32,945 nucleotides of DNA from a bacterium (GCA_013360215.1 JABWCP010000032.1:1-32945); one strand, 5' to 3'. Shown: positions 18,200 through 28,092, counted from the stretch's first letter. Program-made: numbers and translations. Notes: generated by a model from the letters alone, not told the origin.

Positions 18200-18946
18200 T
18201 TAATTGTGTGTGGTTTTGTCGAAAATTTGTTTTTCCATCATGACGGCCTTGGGAAACAAAACATTGTTTTCGAGGTGCACATGTTTATGAAGGTCTTGTT
18301 CAAACTCTTGCAACTCATGCAGAAGCAGACGGTAGGTCGTACAAGCATCCACAGGAACATGGTAATCGGCCGTCAACGTGCGGATTTTTTCCATCTGCTG
18401 TCCCGCAAACGCATGTTCATGTTCCATGACATGGATCGGATTGAGCACGGTGCCAAACCCATTGGGACGGATCGGCGCGTGATGCGTGATGTAATTTTCC
18501 AATTCGCAGACGTAGGGAAAAAGAATCACTTCTTCTTTTTGCAAATGCAATTTGAGCTCGGATGATAGCGCTTCAAACGCTTCACGAACGGTTACCATTT
18601 CCGGATGGTGATCGCCATGAACCTGTGCCACTTTATTAAGGTGACGTTCGATCAGTGGAATCGCGTGGCGCATGTAGGTATGATGATTGCTTTGAATATA
18701 TTCGACTATAAATCCCGCTGGTTGTTCATGGATCGGCTTAGGTTGTTGACCTTGAGAGGGTGATTGAATAGCTTTTTCGATATCACGGCATACATCCGCC
18801 AGCGCGATATCTTTATCACGGCAAGCGTCGGATAAAATTTTTTTCCCGCCACAACAAAAATCCAAACGATAGTGTTCGAGAATTTCGGCTGAACGAGGGT
18901 ATTCCAATACGATTTGACCAAGAGGCATGTCTTCAAATGATTTCAT
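18200..18946 (-). CDS. ric: Iron-sulfur cluster repair di-iron protein (RIC/YtfE/ScdA)
   Basis: N-terminal LDFCCGG; hemerythrin-like HH, HLQKEEVILFP, MEHEH and HKHVHLENNVLFP motifs. Confidence 0.93.
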   Translation of the reverse strand: MKSFEDMPLGQIVLEYPRSAEILEHYRLDFCCGGKKILSDACRDKDIALADVCRDIEKAIQSPSQGQQPKPIHEQPAGFIVEYIQSNHHTYMRHAIPLIERHLNKVAQVHGDHHPEMVTVREAFEALSSELKLHLQKEEVILFPYVCELENYITHHAPIRPNGFGTVLNPIHVMEHEHAFAGQQMEKIRTLTADYHVPVDACTTYRLLLHELQEFEQDLHKHVHLENNVLFPKAVMMEKQIFDKTTHN

Positions 18947-18965
18947 TTTTAATCCTTTAGAAGAT

Positions 18966-18986
18966 TTAAGAGTATTTTATCTTTAA
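18966..18986 (-). promoter_or_regulatory. Candidate Rrf2 operator upstream of ric
   Basis: TTAAGAGTATTTTATCTTTAA (+ strand), imperfect palindrome with AAGA-N8-TCTT core; 17/21 identical to 19520..19540. Confidence 0.55.
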
Positions 18987-19009
18987 TATGAATAAAAAAA
19001 TTCCCCGCT

Positions 19010-19474
19010 TCACTTCGGTTGTTTTTTTTCTTCCTCATATCCTTCGTCGGCGATTCGGAAATTGAACGTATTGATTTTATCCGCCAGTGTATTGAGTGTA
19101 GCATTTTCAAACATCGCATTTATCTTCTCACGGTGTTTGGCCCATTCACTATGCAAGGGGCAAGGCGCAAGATTGCCACAGCCGGGCAATCCAAAAATAC
19201 ATTGATCAAAAATATTAGGACCGTCTATGGCTTCGACAATATCCGTAAGTGAAATATCTTTGGGGTCGCGCGCCAAGGCCACTCCGCCTTTGGGTCCGCG
19301 GTAGGATATCATGATATTATTTTCCGTTAGCTGCTGTAAAATCTTGGTCAAGAAGTGAAATGATATATTGAGGTTTTCAGAAATCTGCTGAATCGGCACA
19401 TATTCTTTATGACCAAGAGACGCCACATACATCGCGGCACGAATTCCGTATAAACAACTTTTAGTTAGTAGCAT
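19010..19474 (-). CDS. Rrf2-family transcriptional regulator (NsrR/IscR-like, probable Fe-S binding)
   Basis: Winged HTH (FLTKILQQL...SYRGPKGG..LA...ISL.DIV.AIDG) and C-x6-C-x5-CPLH (CIFGLPGCGNLAPCPLH). Confidence 0.92.
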   Translation of the reverse strand: MLLTKSCLYGIRAAMYVASLGHKEYVPIQQISENLNISFHFLTKILQQLTENNIMISYRGPKGGVALARDPKDISLTDIVEAIDGPNIFDQCIFGLPGCGNLAPCPLHSEWAKHREKINAMFENATLNTLADKINTFNFRIADEGYEEEKKQPK

Positions 19475-19519
19475 GGTAATATTTTCTTTTCCGGATAAAT
19501 CTTTGCTCTATTCCTGTAT

Positions 19520-19540
19520 TTCAGAGTCTTTTGTCTTAAA
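19520..19540 (-). promoter_or_regulatory. Candidate Rrf2 operator upstream of rrf2
   Basis: TTCAGAGTCTTTTGTCTTAAA (+ strand); overlaps the predicted -10 element and transcription start region. Confidence 0.55.
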
Positions 19541-19566
19541 ATAAGGTATTCGACCTCATTTGTCAA
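19538..19566 (-). promoter_or_regulatory. Sigma70-type promoter of the rrf2-ric-nos unit
   Basis: Minus strand TTGACA (19566-19561), 17-nt spacer, TATTTT (19543-19538). Confidence 0.6.
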
Positions 19567-19685
19567 GTATTTTGGTATGGTTTTTCAATTTTTTTTTGAA
19601 AATAAAAAAATTCGGGGGTGGCGTCATTTTATTGACGAATTTTCGAAATTTTTTTCTAAAACCTACACACTTATGTAGCCTCATT

Positions 19686-19701
19686 TGTGAGCTAAATCAC
19701 A
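19686..19701. promoter_or_regulatory. Crp/Fnr-family (CRP-type) binding site
   Basis: TGTGA-gctaaa-TCACA, an exact TGTGA-N6-TCACA match in the divergent intergenic region. Confidence 0.55.
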
Positions 19702-19822
19702 CGATATTGTGCCGAGTAGACGTACCCTAAATTTGATTAAAAATAAACAATTATACCTCTGTTTGAGGGAACCTTTCACCGTTCACATAACGTCATGTTT
19801 TTAGCATGCTTTTGAGGTAATT

Positions 19823-22800
19823 ATGAAAACCTTGCTCACGATGATCGCTTTGATTTTTTTTGCAAGCGATATGTATTCACAAACTGCGCTTACCGGCGGT
19901 ATTACACAGTCCGGTAATTTTACGGCCGCCGGCCAAACAGCCACCTACTCCTACAACCAATCGGTTAGTTACTGGAGTGTGGTGGGTATCCGGCCGCCAT
20001 CAACATCCGACTTTGACATCGAACTTAGCGCCAACACCAATTTCAGTCCTATACTCGCCAGTAGTACACTGGGTACCGGCAAAGTAGATTTCATCGTAGC
20101 CGATTATAACCATTCACCTACGGGTGCACAATACGTTCGCCTCAAAGACTATAGCGGCGCAGGTACGTACTACGTCGAATATGAGAGCGGCGCACATACA
20201 TTAGGTGTTCCATCCAATAGCGGTACACTATCCTGGACATCCAACGAAATCGTCAAAGTTTGGGACGTGTATCTGCAGGCCGGTGTGACTTATACATTTA
20301 AGCTCCGCACACTTTCCGGTCTTCAGGATTATGGCATATCGCTTTACAAATCCAATGCTGCCGCCTATTATGCAGGCCGCAGTTCGGCTGCCGCCACATC
20401 CGATATTGCCGCCAGCGGTACGGACGAATACTTTTCCTATACACCGAGCGTTACGGATTATTACGGCTTCGTCGTATGGTCCAATGATAATTACGGCACA
20501 AGCGGAACCTACGACATTACGGTATCAACATTGGCCACCAATAACCCGCTATCCAGCGCGGCTTCGCCGGGTCAATTTTCATATTATCAAACAAATACCA
20601 ATTGGTCCGTTGTCGCCTTACGCTCAGGTAGCGGCGCCAATGACAATCTCTCGCTTTATACCAATTCGTCCTATACGACTTTAGCTGCGCAAAGCGCATT
20701 AGCCTCGGGTGTCGAAATTATTGCCACTGAAAATGATACCATCACACAAGGTTACTTCCGTTATCCTAAGGTGGATCGCACCGGAGGCACTTCACAATAT
20801 ACTTTGGAGTGGGACGAATCCAGCGGATATATCGGTTTGGGAAGTTATACGACGACGTCATGGAACGCTAACACGGTCGCTAAAGTGTATAACCTGTCCA
20901 TGGCGCAAGGTGCTAAATACCGCATTAAATTGCATACCGTTTCAGGTAGTGTGGATGCAGGCCTTCTTCTTTTCAAACCCAATGGTTCACTGAGTTCCCA
21001 AGCGCGATCGGCCGCACTGCAATCGGCCGATGCCAATGGCGCCGGACTGAACGAAGAGATCATACTCACCGCGCCGGTTTCCGGATGGTATGCATTGGTC
21101 GTTTACAGCAATACGGCTACCGCCGGTTCTTTTGATTTGTCGTTCAATCAGGAAATTCTCGCCGCTTCCAACGTGTACGGGCAAGGCATCAAACATTATG
21201 CCTTCGATCAACAAAATGCCGCATGGTCCGTAGTCGGCGTGCGCCCGCCATCCAACGCGAATACCGATATCGTTTTGTATAATAATCATACGTACACCAC
21301 GCCTTTAGCGACCAGCAATACAGCCGGCACAGGCCAGGTGGATTTTGTCGTCGGCGATCAGCATCACACGGCCAAAGGCATTTACTACGTCAGCACGGAC
21401 GATCCCTTGAATCCGAGTCGCGTAAATTATACCACGCAATGGGAAGGCGGTAATGAATCGTTAACGGCGCCCGGAACAAATACCGGCTACGCCTGGGCCA
21501 AAACGGATGTCGTAAAAATATGGGATGTACAATTGGTGTCCGGAATCAATTATACATTTAATCTGAGCGTAAGCGGCGGTACACCCAATCTCGGCATGGC
21601 GATATTCCGCTCTTCGTCTACTACGGAATCATTTTATTTTGGCCGCTCCGGAGCGGCCGCGATCGCCGATGTGAACGGGAACGGGGGAGGCGAATCGTTT
21701 TCCTATACACCGAGCGGCGCATTAGGCACACTCGATCATTACGGTATTGTCGTTTGGAGCAATGATACCACATCCGCCGGAAGCGTCCGCATTGACATCG
21801 CCCAACCGCTTATGACCAGTGCGACACCCGTTTCCGCCAGCAGTTCTCCCGGGCTTTACGCGTTCAATCAATCCGTCTCCGGATGGGGCGTCATCGCATT
21901 ACGGCCGCAGTCTTTCGAAGATTTTGATTTAGAATTGCACGGCGCTTCCGATTACAACAATCTTTTGGCTCAAAGCACGTTGGGAACAGGCGCTGTAGAG
22001 TTTATCGCGGGCGATTTTCGTGCCGGACACGCCCCGCTTAAAACCTATTTCACAAAAGCCGTACAAAACAGCGGCAAAGGCCCTTATGCGATCGAATGGG
22101 AAGGCACCAACGAAACCCTACCCGTCGAAGGTAATTCCGGTACGATCAGCTGGGGTACCACGGCTATCGCTAAAGTATACAATGTGCCCCTGGTCGGCGG
22201 ACGCACTTACAAAATCAAATTGGATTTTCTGACCAATGCCTTCGATGCCGGAATGGCGTTATTCCAACCGTCAACAGGTAATAATTATTTTCCACGCGGT
22301 TCGCAGGCCATGCTCGCCGATGTAGCCGGCGCAGGCAATGAATCTATGACATTTACGGCGCCCATGACGGATACCTACGGCCTTGTGGTTTGGGGCAACA
22401 CACAACCGGCTTCGGCCGCCACGTTTGCCATAGACATCAATCAGCCGCCCGTAGTGAGCGTACCGATTCCCGACGTAAATTTTTCAGAAGATCAAGGCAG
22501 CGGACTTGTGGCCAATTCTAACCTCAACGGAAATTTTTCCGATATACAACCTTTAAGCTATTCGGCATCCGTACTCAAAGGCGGCGGTATCACGGTCAGC
22601 GTGGCGGGCAGTACACTCAAAGTCAGCACGGTTTCTGATTCCGTCGGCCAATATCCCGTCGTCGTGACGGCCAATGACGGAACTTTTTTTACCAGTGATA
22701 CACTCATTGTTACTTTGGCGCCGGTGAATGATCTTCCATACCGCTCCGCGCTGATACCAGATCCTAAAATCGCCGAAGATGAACAGTCTTTTTTTGCATC

Positions 22801-25800
22801 AAAACTCAGCGGTTATTTTACAGATATTGATAATCCCGTTCTTTCCTTTGGCGTTACCGCACTAAACAGCGGGGTCTCAGCTTATGTGTCCAACGATTCA
22901 CTGTACCTGAGCGGTCAGCAAGATTTTAACGGCAATGCTAATTTACGAATTTCAGCGACAGACGGATCTTTTAGCGTCTATGATACGATCAATGTGACTG
23001 TAACACCCGTCAACGACGTAGTGGTATTATCGCAAACGATTGCCGACACCACGTTGCCCGAAGATTTTAGCGGATTGGTTTTCATCCGTAAATTATCGAA
23101 TATTTTTCAGGATATCGATAATGATTCGATCGCCTTCCGCGCAACGGTTACCGGCGGCGCGATCGGCGCGGTGATACAGCACGACAGTTTGTATGTCGCA
23201 AGCAGTCCTGATTTTTACGGTCAATCTACCATCTCTATCCTGGCTAGCGACGGTTCCTCACGTGACGGATTGGGAAAACTCAGTGATTATTTCAGCGAGA
23301 GTGCCAATACGGTCGAAACATCGTTTCGCGTTACCCAATCACCCGTCAATGATCCGCCGATGCGATCCAACCCGATCGTAGATAAAACGTATGCCGAAAA
23401 CTTCAACAAAGTATTGGTACAAAAACTATCTCTCGTTTTCACGGATATTGATAATAGTTCACCGACCTATGGTGTCTCCACGATCTCCAAAGATCAGGAT
23501 GTTTTCGGTTTTATAAGCAACGACAGCTTGTATGTATTGAGCAGTAAAGACTCCAACGGCGTGGATAGTATTCGCGTCACGGCTAGCGACGGCATGTTTA
23601 CCGCAGCCGATACGTTTCGTGTCAATGTAACCAATGTGAATACGGCGCCTACGGTCACTTCCGCCATCAACAATGTGACGGTCAGCGAAGACTTCGGAAA
23701 AAACTTTGTCCGCCTTTTAACTACGGTGTTTTCGGATATAGATGGTAACGCGTTATCCTACAGCGTTTCCGTATTACCGGGTGACAATGATGTAACCGCC
23801 ATGATCAGCAATGATTCATTATACATTCTTTCCTCTGTGGACTCATCCGGCGGAGACACTCTCCGCGTCACAGCAAGCGACGGTCAATATTCCGTCCAGA
23901 CGCAATTTACGGTTACTGTCAATCCCGTAAACGACGGACCTAAAATTATTTCAGCCTTACGTGATACGACCTACAATGAGGATTTTCCAAAAACTTTAGT
24001 TCGCCGTTTATCGTCAGTTTTTCTGGACGCCGATCATCCCTCATTGACGTATGCGGCATCCGTATTGTCGGGCGGTGCATCGGTTGTTGTTTCAAATGAC
24101 AGTTTGTATGCAACCGGAACACTGAATGCCAACGGCACTGCGGCGATTCGGGTAAGCGCTACGGACGGCGCACTTAGTGTAGCGGATACATTTCAGATCA
24201 GCATCAAACCTGTCAACGATGCACCCGTGTTTTCTAAAACCGTCGCGGATACCAGTCTCTTGGAAGATTTCGGAAAAGTTTTTTATCGCAAACTGAGTAC
24301 GCATGTCTCGGATGTAGACAATGCTTCATTAACCTACAATGCGTACGTATTAAGCGGCACTATACAAGTTCAGATATCAACCGATTCGATTTCACTAATT
24401 TCCCAAGCCGATTATTACGGCGCGGCAACCATCCGCTGGGCCGCAAGCGACGGATCGTATACACTGGCCGATACTTTTACAGTCAATATCGCTAACGTAA
24501 ATGACGGCCCGGTTCGCGTAACCGCTTTACGTGACACCGCTTTCAGCGAAGACTTCGGCCACGTATTTGTCCGACAACTTGGTACGGTGTTTTCTGATGT
24601 AGACAATGCGACGCTCACTTATACGGCAACGGTCTTATCGGGAAATGCAACAACAGCAATCCCATCAGGCAAAGACAGTTTGTATATTCAGAGCAGTACG
24701 GATTTTAACGGAGATCTGATTATTCGCGCAACCGCTTCCGATGGCGCTTTGTCGGTCAGCGACACATTTACCGTTACCGTATCCCCGCTTAATGACGGGC
24801 CTTATCGCACCGTTAATATTTCCGATATTTCGGTACAAGAAGAATTTTCCAAAACCTATATTGCGAAACTTAGCCAGCATTTCAGTGACAACGACGACGC
24901 TTCGCTGAGTTACGCTGTTATCAACAATCCATCATCATTTGATGCGATGATCAGCGGTGACACGCTTTCCATCACAAGTCGCCCGGACAGTAACGGTGTA
25001 TATAGTTTGGTTGTACGAACCAAAGACGCCTCCTTATCAGCCTATGATACACTCACCGTTACTATTAACAATGTAAATGACGCACCGTTTGTTGCAACGC
25101 CGTTGTCGGATACGGATGTGGATGAAGATTTTGAAAAGTACTTCGTAACCGACCTCAAACAAATTTTCAGCGATATAGACAATAGCACGCTCGCGTATTC
25201 AGTTACTTCATTGACGCCCTCCGTAGTCCAGGCGCAAGTTTCAGGTGACTCGCTTTACCTTATCAGTGAGCCTGCCGTATATGGATCCGGACAGATTCGC
25301 GTGTCCGCCGACGACGGACAAACCTCCGCGGCCGACACGATCACCGTAACCGTAAACAATATCAATAATTCGCCCTATGTCGCCAATGCGTTGCGCGACA
25401 CGGTTTTACAAGAAGATTTTGGAAAAGTCTTTTTAGTAACGCTTTCCTCGCATTTCTCGGATATTGATAATGTATCTCTACAATATGCGGCACGTGCTTT
25501 ACAAAACGGACTAAAAACGCAGATCCATCAAGACAGTTTGTACGTGCTCAGTGATGCGGATTACTATGGAATCGTCGAAATAGAAATCACAGCCACCGAC
25601 GGATCATTGGCATCTCTTGATACGATGCAGATTGTTTTGACCAATACCAATGACGCGCCGTACATGGCGGCATCCGCACCGGATATCGTTTTGAATGAGG
25701 ATTTCGGTATATGGACTTACGGCAACGCCGGAACTTATTTTGCCGACATAGACAATGCGTTGACATACGGCGTTGAAGTTTTGAGTGCCGGAGTAAATGC

Positions 25801-28078
25801 CGCTGTGTTTGGAGACACCATAAAACTTTACAGTACCTCTCGTTTTTATGGAACCTCTCAAATTCGTTTATATGCGACCGACGGGCAATTTACAATTTCA
25901 GACACGACGACGGTACAAATAAGCAATGTGAATAACGCTCCGTATGTAGTGACCTCCGTTCCGGATACAACGATCCTCGAAGATTTCGGTTATACTTGGA
26001 TACGTACACTTAGCCCGTATTTTCAGGATTACGATAATGCTACGTTGACATTTGCTGCTACAGCACTAACTCCCGGTGTAAGTGTCGAAACAGGTCATGA
26101 TACGCTGTACATCCAAAGCCAATCCGACTTTTTCGGCTCGGTCGCAATTAAGTTAACAGCGGGAGATGGTGAATATACAACTACAGACACGATGGCTATC
26201 GCCATACAAAATGTTAACGATAGCCCGACGCTTTCCCACCCGATGCGCGATACAAGTCTTGCAGAAGATTTCGGTAAAACTGCTTTATACCAATTGACCG
26301 GCATTTTTTCTGATATAGATAATGTATCTTTGTCATACGGCAGTGAAGCACTGATAGCCGGAGTTACAGGTAGCATAAGCGGTGATACACTCTATGTCCA
26401 CAGCACACCGTATTTCAACGGAGATGCGTACGTACGAATTTTTGCAACGGACGGAGAATATCAAGTTTCTGATACGATCCGGATCGCGGTCACCGGTGTG
26501 AATAACGCGCCTTATCGTCTTGCCGCATTGCCGGACACATCACTTCCTGAAGACTTTGGAAAGATGCCTTACCGCGTTGTATCGCAATTCTTCAGCGATG
26601 TAGATAATATGACGCTCACGTATTCAGCGCAAGTGCTCCAAGGCCAGATCGGCGTGCAAACCGTCAACGATAGTCTTTATTTCATATCCGTACAGGATTT
26701 CAACGGTGCCGCATCCGTCAAAGTAACCGCTTCGGATGGATTTTTTACTGTGCATGACACATTGGTACTGACGGTGACGCCTATGAACGATGCGCCCGCG
26801 GCGGCTTTACCTTTGCAGCCCGGTCCGTCGGTGTTGACCAATAACCTGCGCCCGACATTTAATTGGCACACTTCGAAAGATATTGACGGCGATGCGATCG
26901 TCTACACATTAACCGTTGCGCGTGACAACGCCTTCAGCGATGTGATTTTAACTCAGCAAAGCACCGACACCGTTGTGACCGCTTCGGCCGACATGGATAC
27001 GACAGCCGTACTCTTCTGGCGCATCAAAGCCGATGATAATCATGGCGGCGTAGTGATCGGACCGGCAACAAGTTTTAGCACCGATGCCCGCAAGGCCGTT
27101 TTTCAAATCGGCGTTCTGGCCAATACTGTAAGCCCTCTGCACGTAGGTCTATATGTGCGCAGCACCAAACAGCTAAACGGGAACCCTGCCGGCCAGTTTG
27201 AACTTTCAGAAAACGGCAATTTAATTTCTGCACACAATGATACGTTTGAAAAATTAACAGCGCATACCGAACCTACTTATTATACCAACTATGTGATCCG
27301 GCAATCCGGAACTCTTAAGATTGCTGTTACGGGAACGGATATGGTAGGTAACGTTACCGTCGCACAGCGTAATTATACCGTAGATGTACTTGCACGCAAT
27401 AAACCATTCGCTACAGTTTCCGACGGTATTGTTTGGTCAGGCACGGCGATGTCCGAAGGTATGACCGCTATCACGCGTGAAGACGCAGACGCCGGGCAAA
27501 TGAATAAAAATACAAGCGCCTCCTTGTACACGGACGAAGCGGTCAGTCCCGTTTACGAAATGATCGTTACGGCGGATGTCAAAGGCAAACTAACCCTCAC
27601 TTACAGTGAAGATGCGATTTCGAACTTACATCGTATTTTTGCCGGTGAAGTGGATGAGCGATTGATCGGAATTTATACTGAAGAAAACGGGCAATGGGTT
27701 TATATCGGCGGTCAAGGGAAAAACGGATCCGTGACGACGTCATGGAACAAATCGGGTAAAATCATGGCCCGGTATAATCCGGCTCACACGATCATTCCGG
27801 ATCATGTTGAGTTATTGCAAAACTACCCCAACCCGTTTAACCCGTCCACGACGATTCGTTTCGGATTACCTGAAAACGGCATGCTGCGTTTGACGGTGTA
27901 TAATCTTCTCGGACAAAAAGTAAAAACTTTGGTGCAGCAGCACGTGACCGCCGGATATCATACTATCGTATGGAACGGACGCAACGAATCCGGTCATGCC
28001 GTATCCAGCGGCGTGTACCTGTATCGTCTTGAAATACAAGGTCATGTCGTAACAAAGAAAATGATGTTTTTGAAATAA
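19823..28078 (+). CDS. Giant secreted/surface repeat protein (adhesin-like) with C-terminal T9SS type A/FlgD-Ig sorting domain
   Basis: 2751 aa: signal peptide, four ~210-aa N-terminal repeats, 15 cadherin-like repeats, an FN3-like segment, then QNYPNPFNPSTTIRF...YNLLGQKV...SSGVYLYRL...KKMMFLK. Confidence 0.85.
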   Translation: MKTLLTMIALIFFASDMYSQTALTGGITQSGNFTAAGQTATYSYNQSVSYWSVVGIRPPSTSDFDIELSANTNFSPILASSTLGTGKVDFIVADYNHSPTGAQYVRLKDYSGAGTYYVEYESGAHTLGVPSNSGTLSWTSNEIVKVWDVYLQAGVTYTFKLRTLSGLQDYGISLYKSNAAAYYAGRSSAAATSDIAASGTDEYFSYTPSVTDYYGFVVWSNDNYGTSGTYDITVSTLATNNPLSSAASPGQFSYYQTNTNWSVVALRSGSGANDNLSLYTNSSYTTLAAQSALASGVEIIATENDTITQGYFRYPKVDRTGGTSQYTLEWDESSGYIGLGSYTTTSWNANTVAKVYNLSMAQGAKYRIKLHTVSGSVDAGLLLFKPNGSLSSQARSAALQSADANGAGLNEEIILTAPVSGWYALVVYSNTATAGSFDLSFNQEILAASNVYGQGIKHYAFDQQNAAWSVVGVRPPSNANTDIVLYNNHTYTTPLATSNTAGTGQVDFVVGDQHHTAKGIYYVSTDDPLNPSRVNYTTQWEGGNESLTAPGTNTGYAWAKTDVVKIWDVQLVSGINYTFNLSVSGGTPNLGMAIFRSSSTTESFYFGRSGAAAIADVNGNGGGESFSYTPSGALGTLDHYGIVVWSNDTTSAGSVRIDIAQPLMTSATPVSASSSPGLYAFNQSVSGWGVIALRPQSFEDFDLELHGASDYNNLLAQSTLGTGAVEFIAGDFRAGHAPLKTYFTKAVQNSGKGPYAIEWEGTNETLPVEGNSGTISWGTTAIAKVYNVPLVGGRTYKIKLDFLTNAFDAGMALFQPSTGNNYFPRGSQAMLADVAGAGNESMTFTAPMTDTYGLVVWGNTQPASAATFAIDINQPPVVSVPIPDVNFSEDQGSGLVANSNLNGNFSDIQPLSYSASVLKGGGITVSVAGSTLKVSTVSDSVGQYPVVVTANDGTFFTSDTLIVTLAPVNDLPYRSALIPDPKIAEDEQSFFASKLSGYFTDIDNPVLSFGVTALNSGVSAYVSNDSLYLSGQQDFNGNANLRISATDGSFSVYDTINVTVTPVNDVVVLSQTIADTTLPEDFSGLVFIRKLSNIFQDIDNDSIAFRATVTGGAIGAVIQHDSLYVASSPDFYGQSTISILASDGSSRDGLGKLSDYFSESANTVETSFRVTQSPVNDPPMRSNPIVDKTYAENFNKVLVQKLSLVFTDIDNSSPTYGVSTISKDQDVFGFISNDSLYVLSSKDSNGVDSIRVTASDGMFTAADTFRVNVTNVNTAPTVTSAINNVTVSEDFGKNFVRLLTTVFSDIDGNALSYSVSVLPGDNDVTAMISNDSLYILSSVDSSGGDTLRVTASDGQYSVQTQFTVTVNPVNDGPKIISALRDTTYNEDFPKTLVRRLSSVFLDADHPSLTYAASVLSGGASVVVSNDSLYATGTLNANGTAAIRVSATDGALSVADTFQISIKPVNDAPVFSKTVADTSLLEDFGKVFYRKLSTHVSDVDNASLTYNAYVLSGTIQVQISTDSISLISQADYYGAATIRWAASDGSYTLADTFTVNIANVNDGPVRVTALRDTAFSEDFGHVFVRQLGTVFSDVDNATLTYTATVLSGNATTAIPSGKDSLYIQSSTDFNGDLIIRATASDGALSVSDTFTVTVSPLNDGPYRTVNISDISVQEEFSKTYIAKLSQHFSDNDDASLSYAVINNPSSFDAMISGDTLSITSRPDSNGVYSLVVRTKDASLSAYDTLTVTINNVNDAPFVATPLSDTDVDEDFEKYFVTDLKQIFSDIDNSTLAYSVTSLTPSVVQAQVSGDSLYLISEPAVYGSGQIRVSADDGQTSAADTITVTVNNINNSPYVANALRDTVLQEDFGKVFLVTLSSHFSDIDNVSLQYAARALQNGLKTQIHQDSLYVLSDADYYGIVEIEITATDGSLASLDTMQIVLTNTNDAPYMAASAPDIVLNEDFGIWTYGNAGTYFADIDNALTYGVEVLSAGVNAAVFGDTIKLYSTSRFYGTSQIRLYATDGQFTISDTTTVQISNVNNAPYVVTSVPDTTILEDFGYTWIRTLSPYFQDYDNATLTFAATALTPGVSVETGHDTLYIQSQSDFFGSVAIKLTAGDGEYTTTDTMAIAIQNVNDSPTLSHPMRDTSLAEDFGKTALYQLTGIFSDIDNVSLSYGSEALIAGVTGSISGDTLYVHSTPYFNGDAYVRIFATDGEYQVSDTIRIAVTGVNNAPYRLAALPDTSLPEDFGKMPYRVVSQFFSDVDNMTLTYSAQVLQGQIGVQTVNDSLYFISVQDFNGAASVKVTASDGFFTVHDTLVLTVTPMNDAPAAALPLQPGPSVLTNNLRPTFNWHTSKDIDGDAIVYTLTVARDNAFSDVILTQQSTDTVVTASADMDTTAVLFWRIKADDNHGGVVIGPATSFSTDARKAVFQIGVLANTVSPLHVGLYVRSTKQLNGNPAGQFELSENGNLISAHNDTFEKLTAHTEPTYYTNYVIRQSGTLKIAVTGTDMVGNVTVAQRNYTVDVLARNKPFATVSDGIVWSGTAMSEGMTAITREDADAGQMNKNTSASLYTDEAVSPVYEMIVTADVKGKLTLTYSEDAISNLHRIFAGEVDERLIGIYTEENGQWVYIGGQGKNGSVTTSWNKSGKIMARYNPAHTIIPDHVELLQNYPNPFNPSTTIRFGLPENGMLRLTVYNLLGQKVKTLVQQHVTAGYHTIVWNGRNESGHAVSSGVYLYRLEIQGHVVTKKMMFLK
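19940..22438 (+). repeat. Four ~210-aa protein repeats (two-lobed, pre-peptidase C-terminal-like beta domains)
   Basis: WSVVGIRPP / WSVVALRSG / WSVVGVRPP / WGVIALRPQ and VKVWDV / AKVYNL / VKIWDV / AKVYNV each recur four times. Boundaries approximate. Confidence 0.75.
22439..26782 (+). repeat. 15 tandem ~96-aa cadherin-like/Ig-like repeats
   Basis: Recurring VND.P...D....EDF......L...F.DID...L.Y.......NDSLY......FNG...I.V.A.DG.....DT motif; 1448 aa over 15 units counted by eye. Confidence 0.85.
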
Positions 28079-28092
28079 AAATTTAAGGATAC

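Noticed and set aside
22439-26782. CRISPR-like or mobile DNA repeats
   Set aside because: The repetition is at protein level inside one open frame; there are no identical direct repeats with spacers and no cas or transposase genes.
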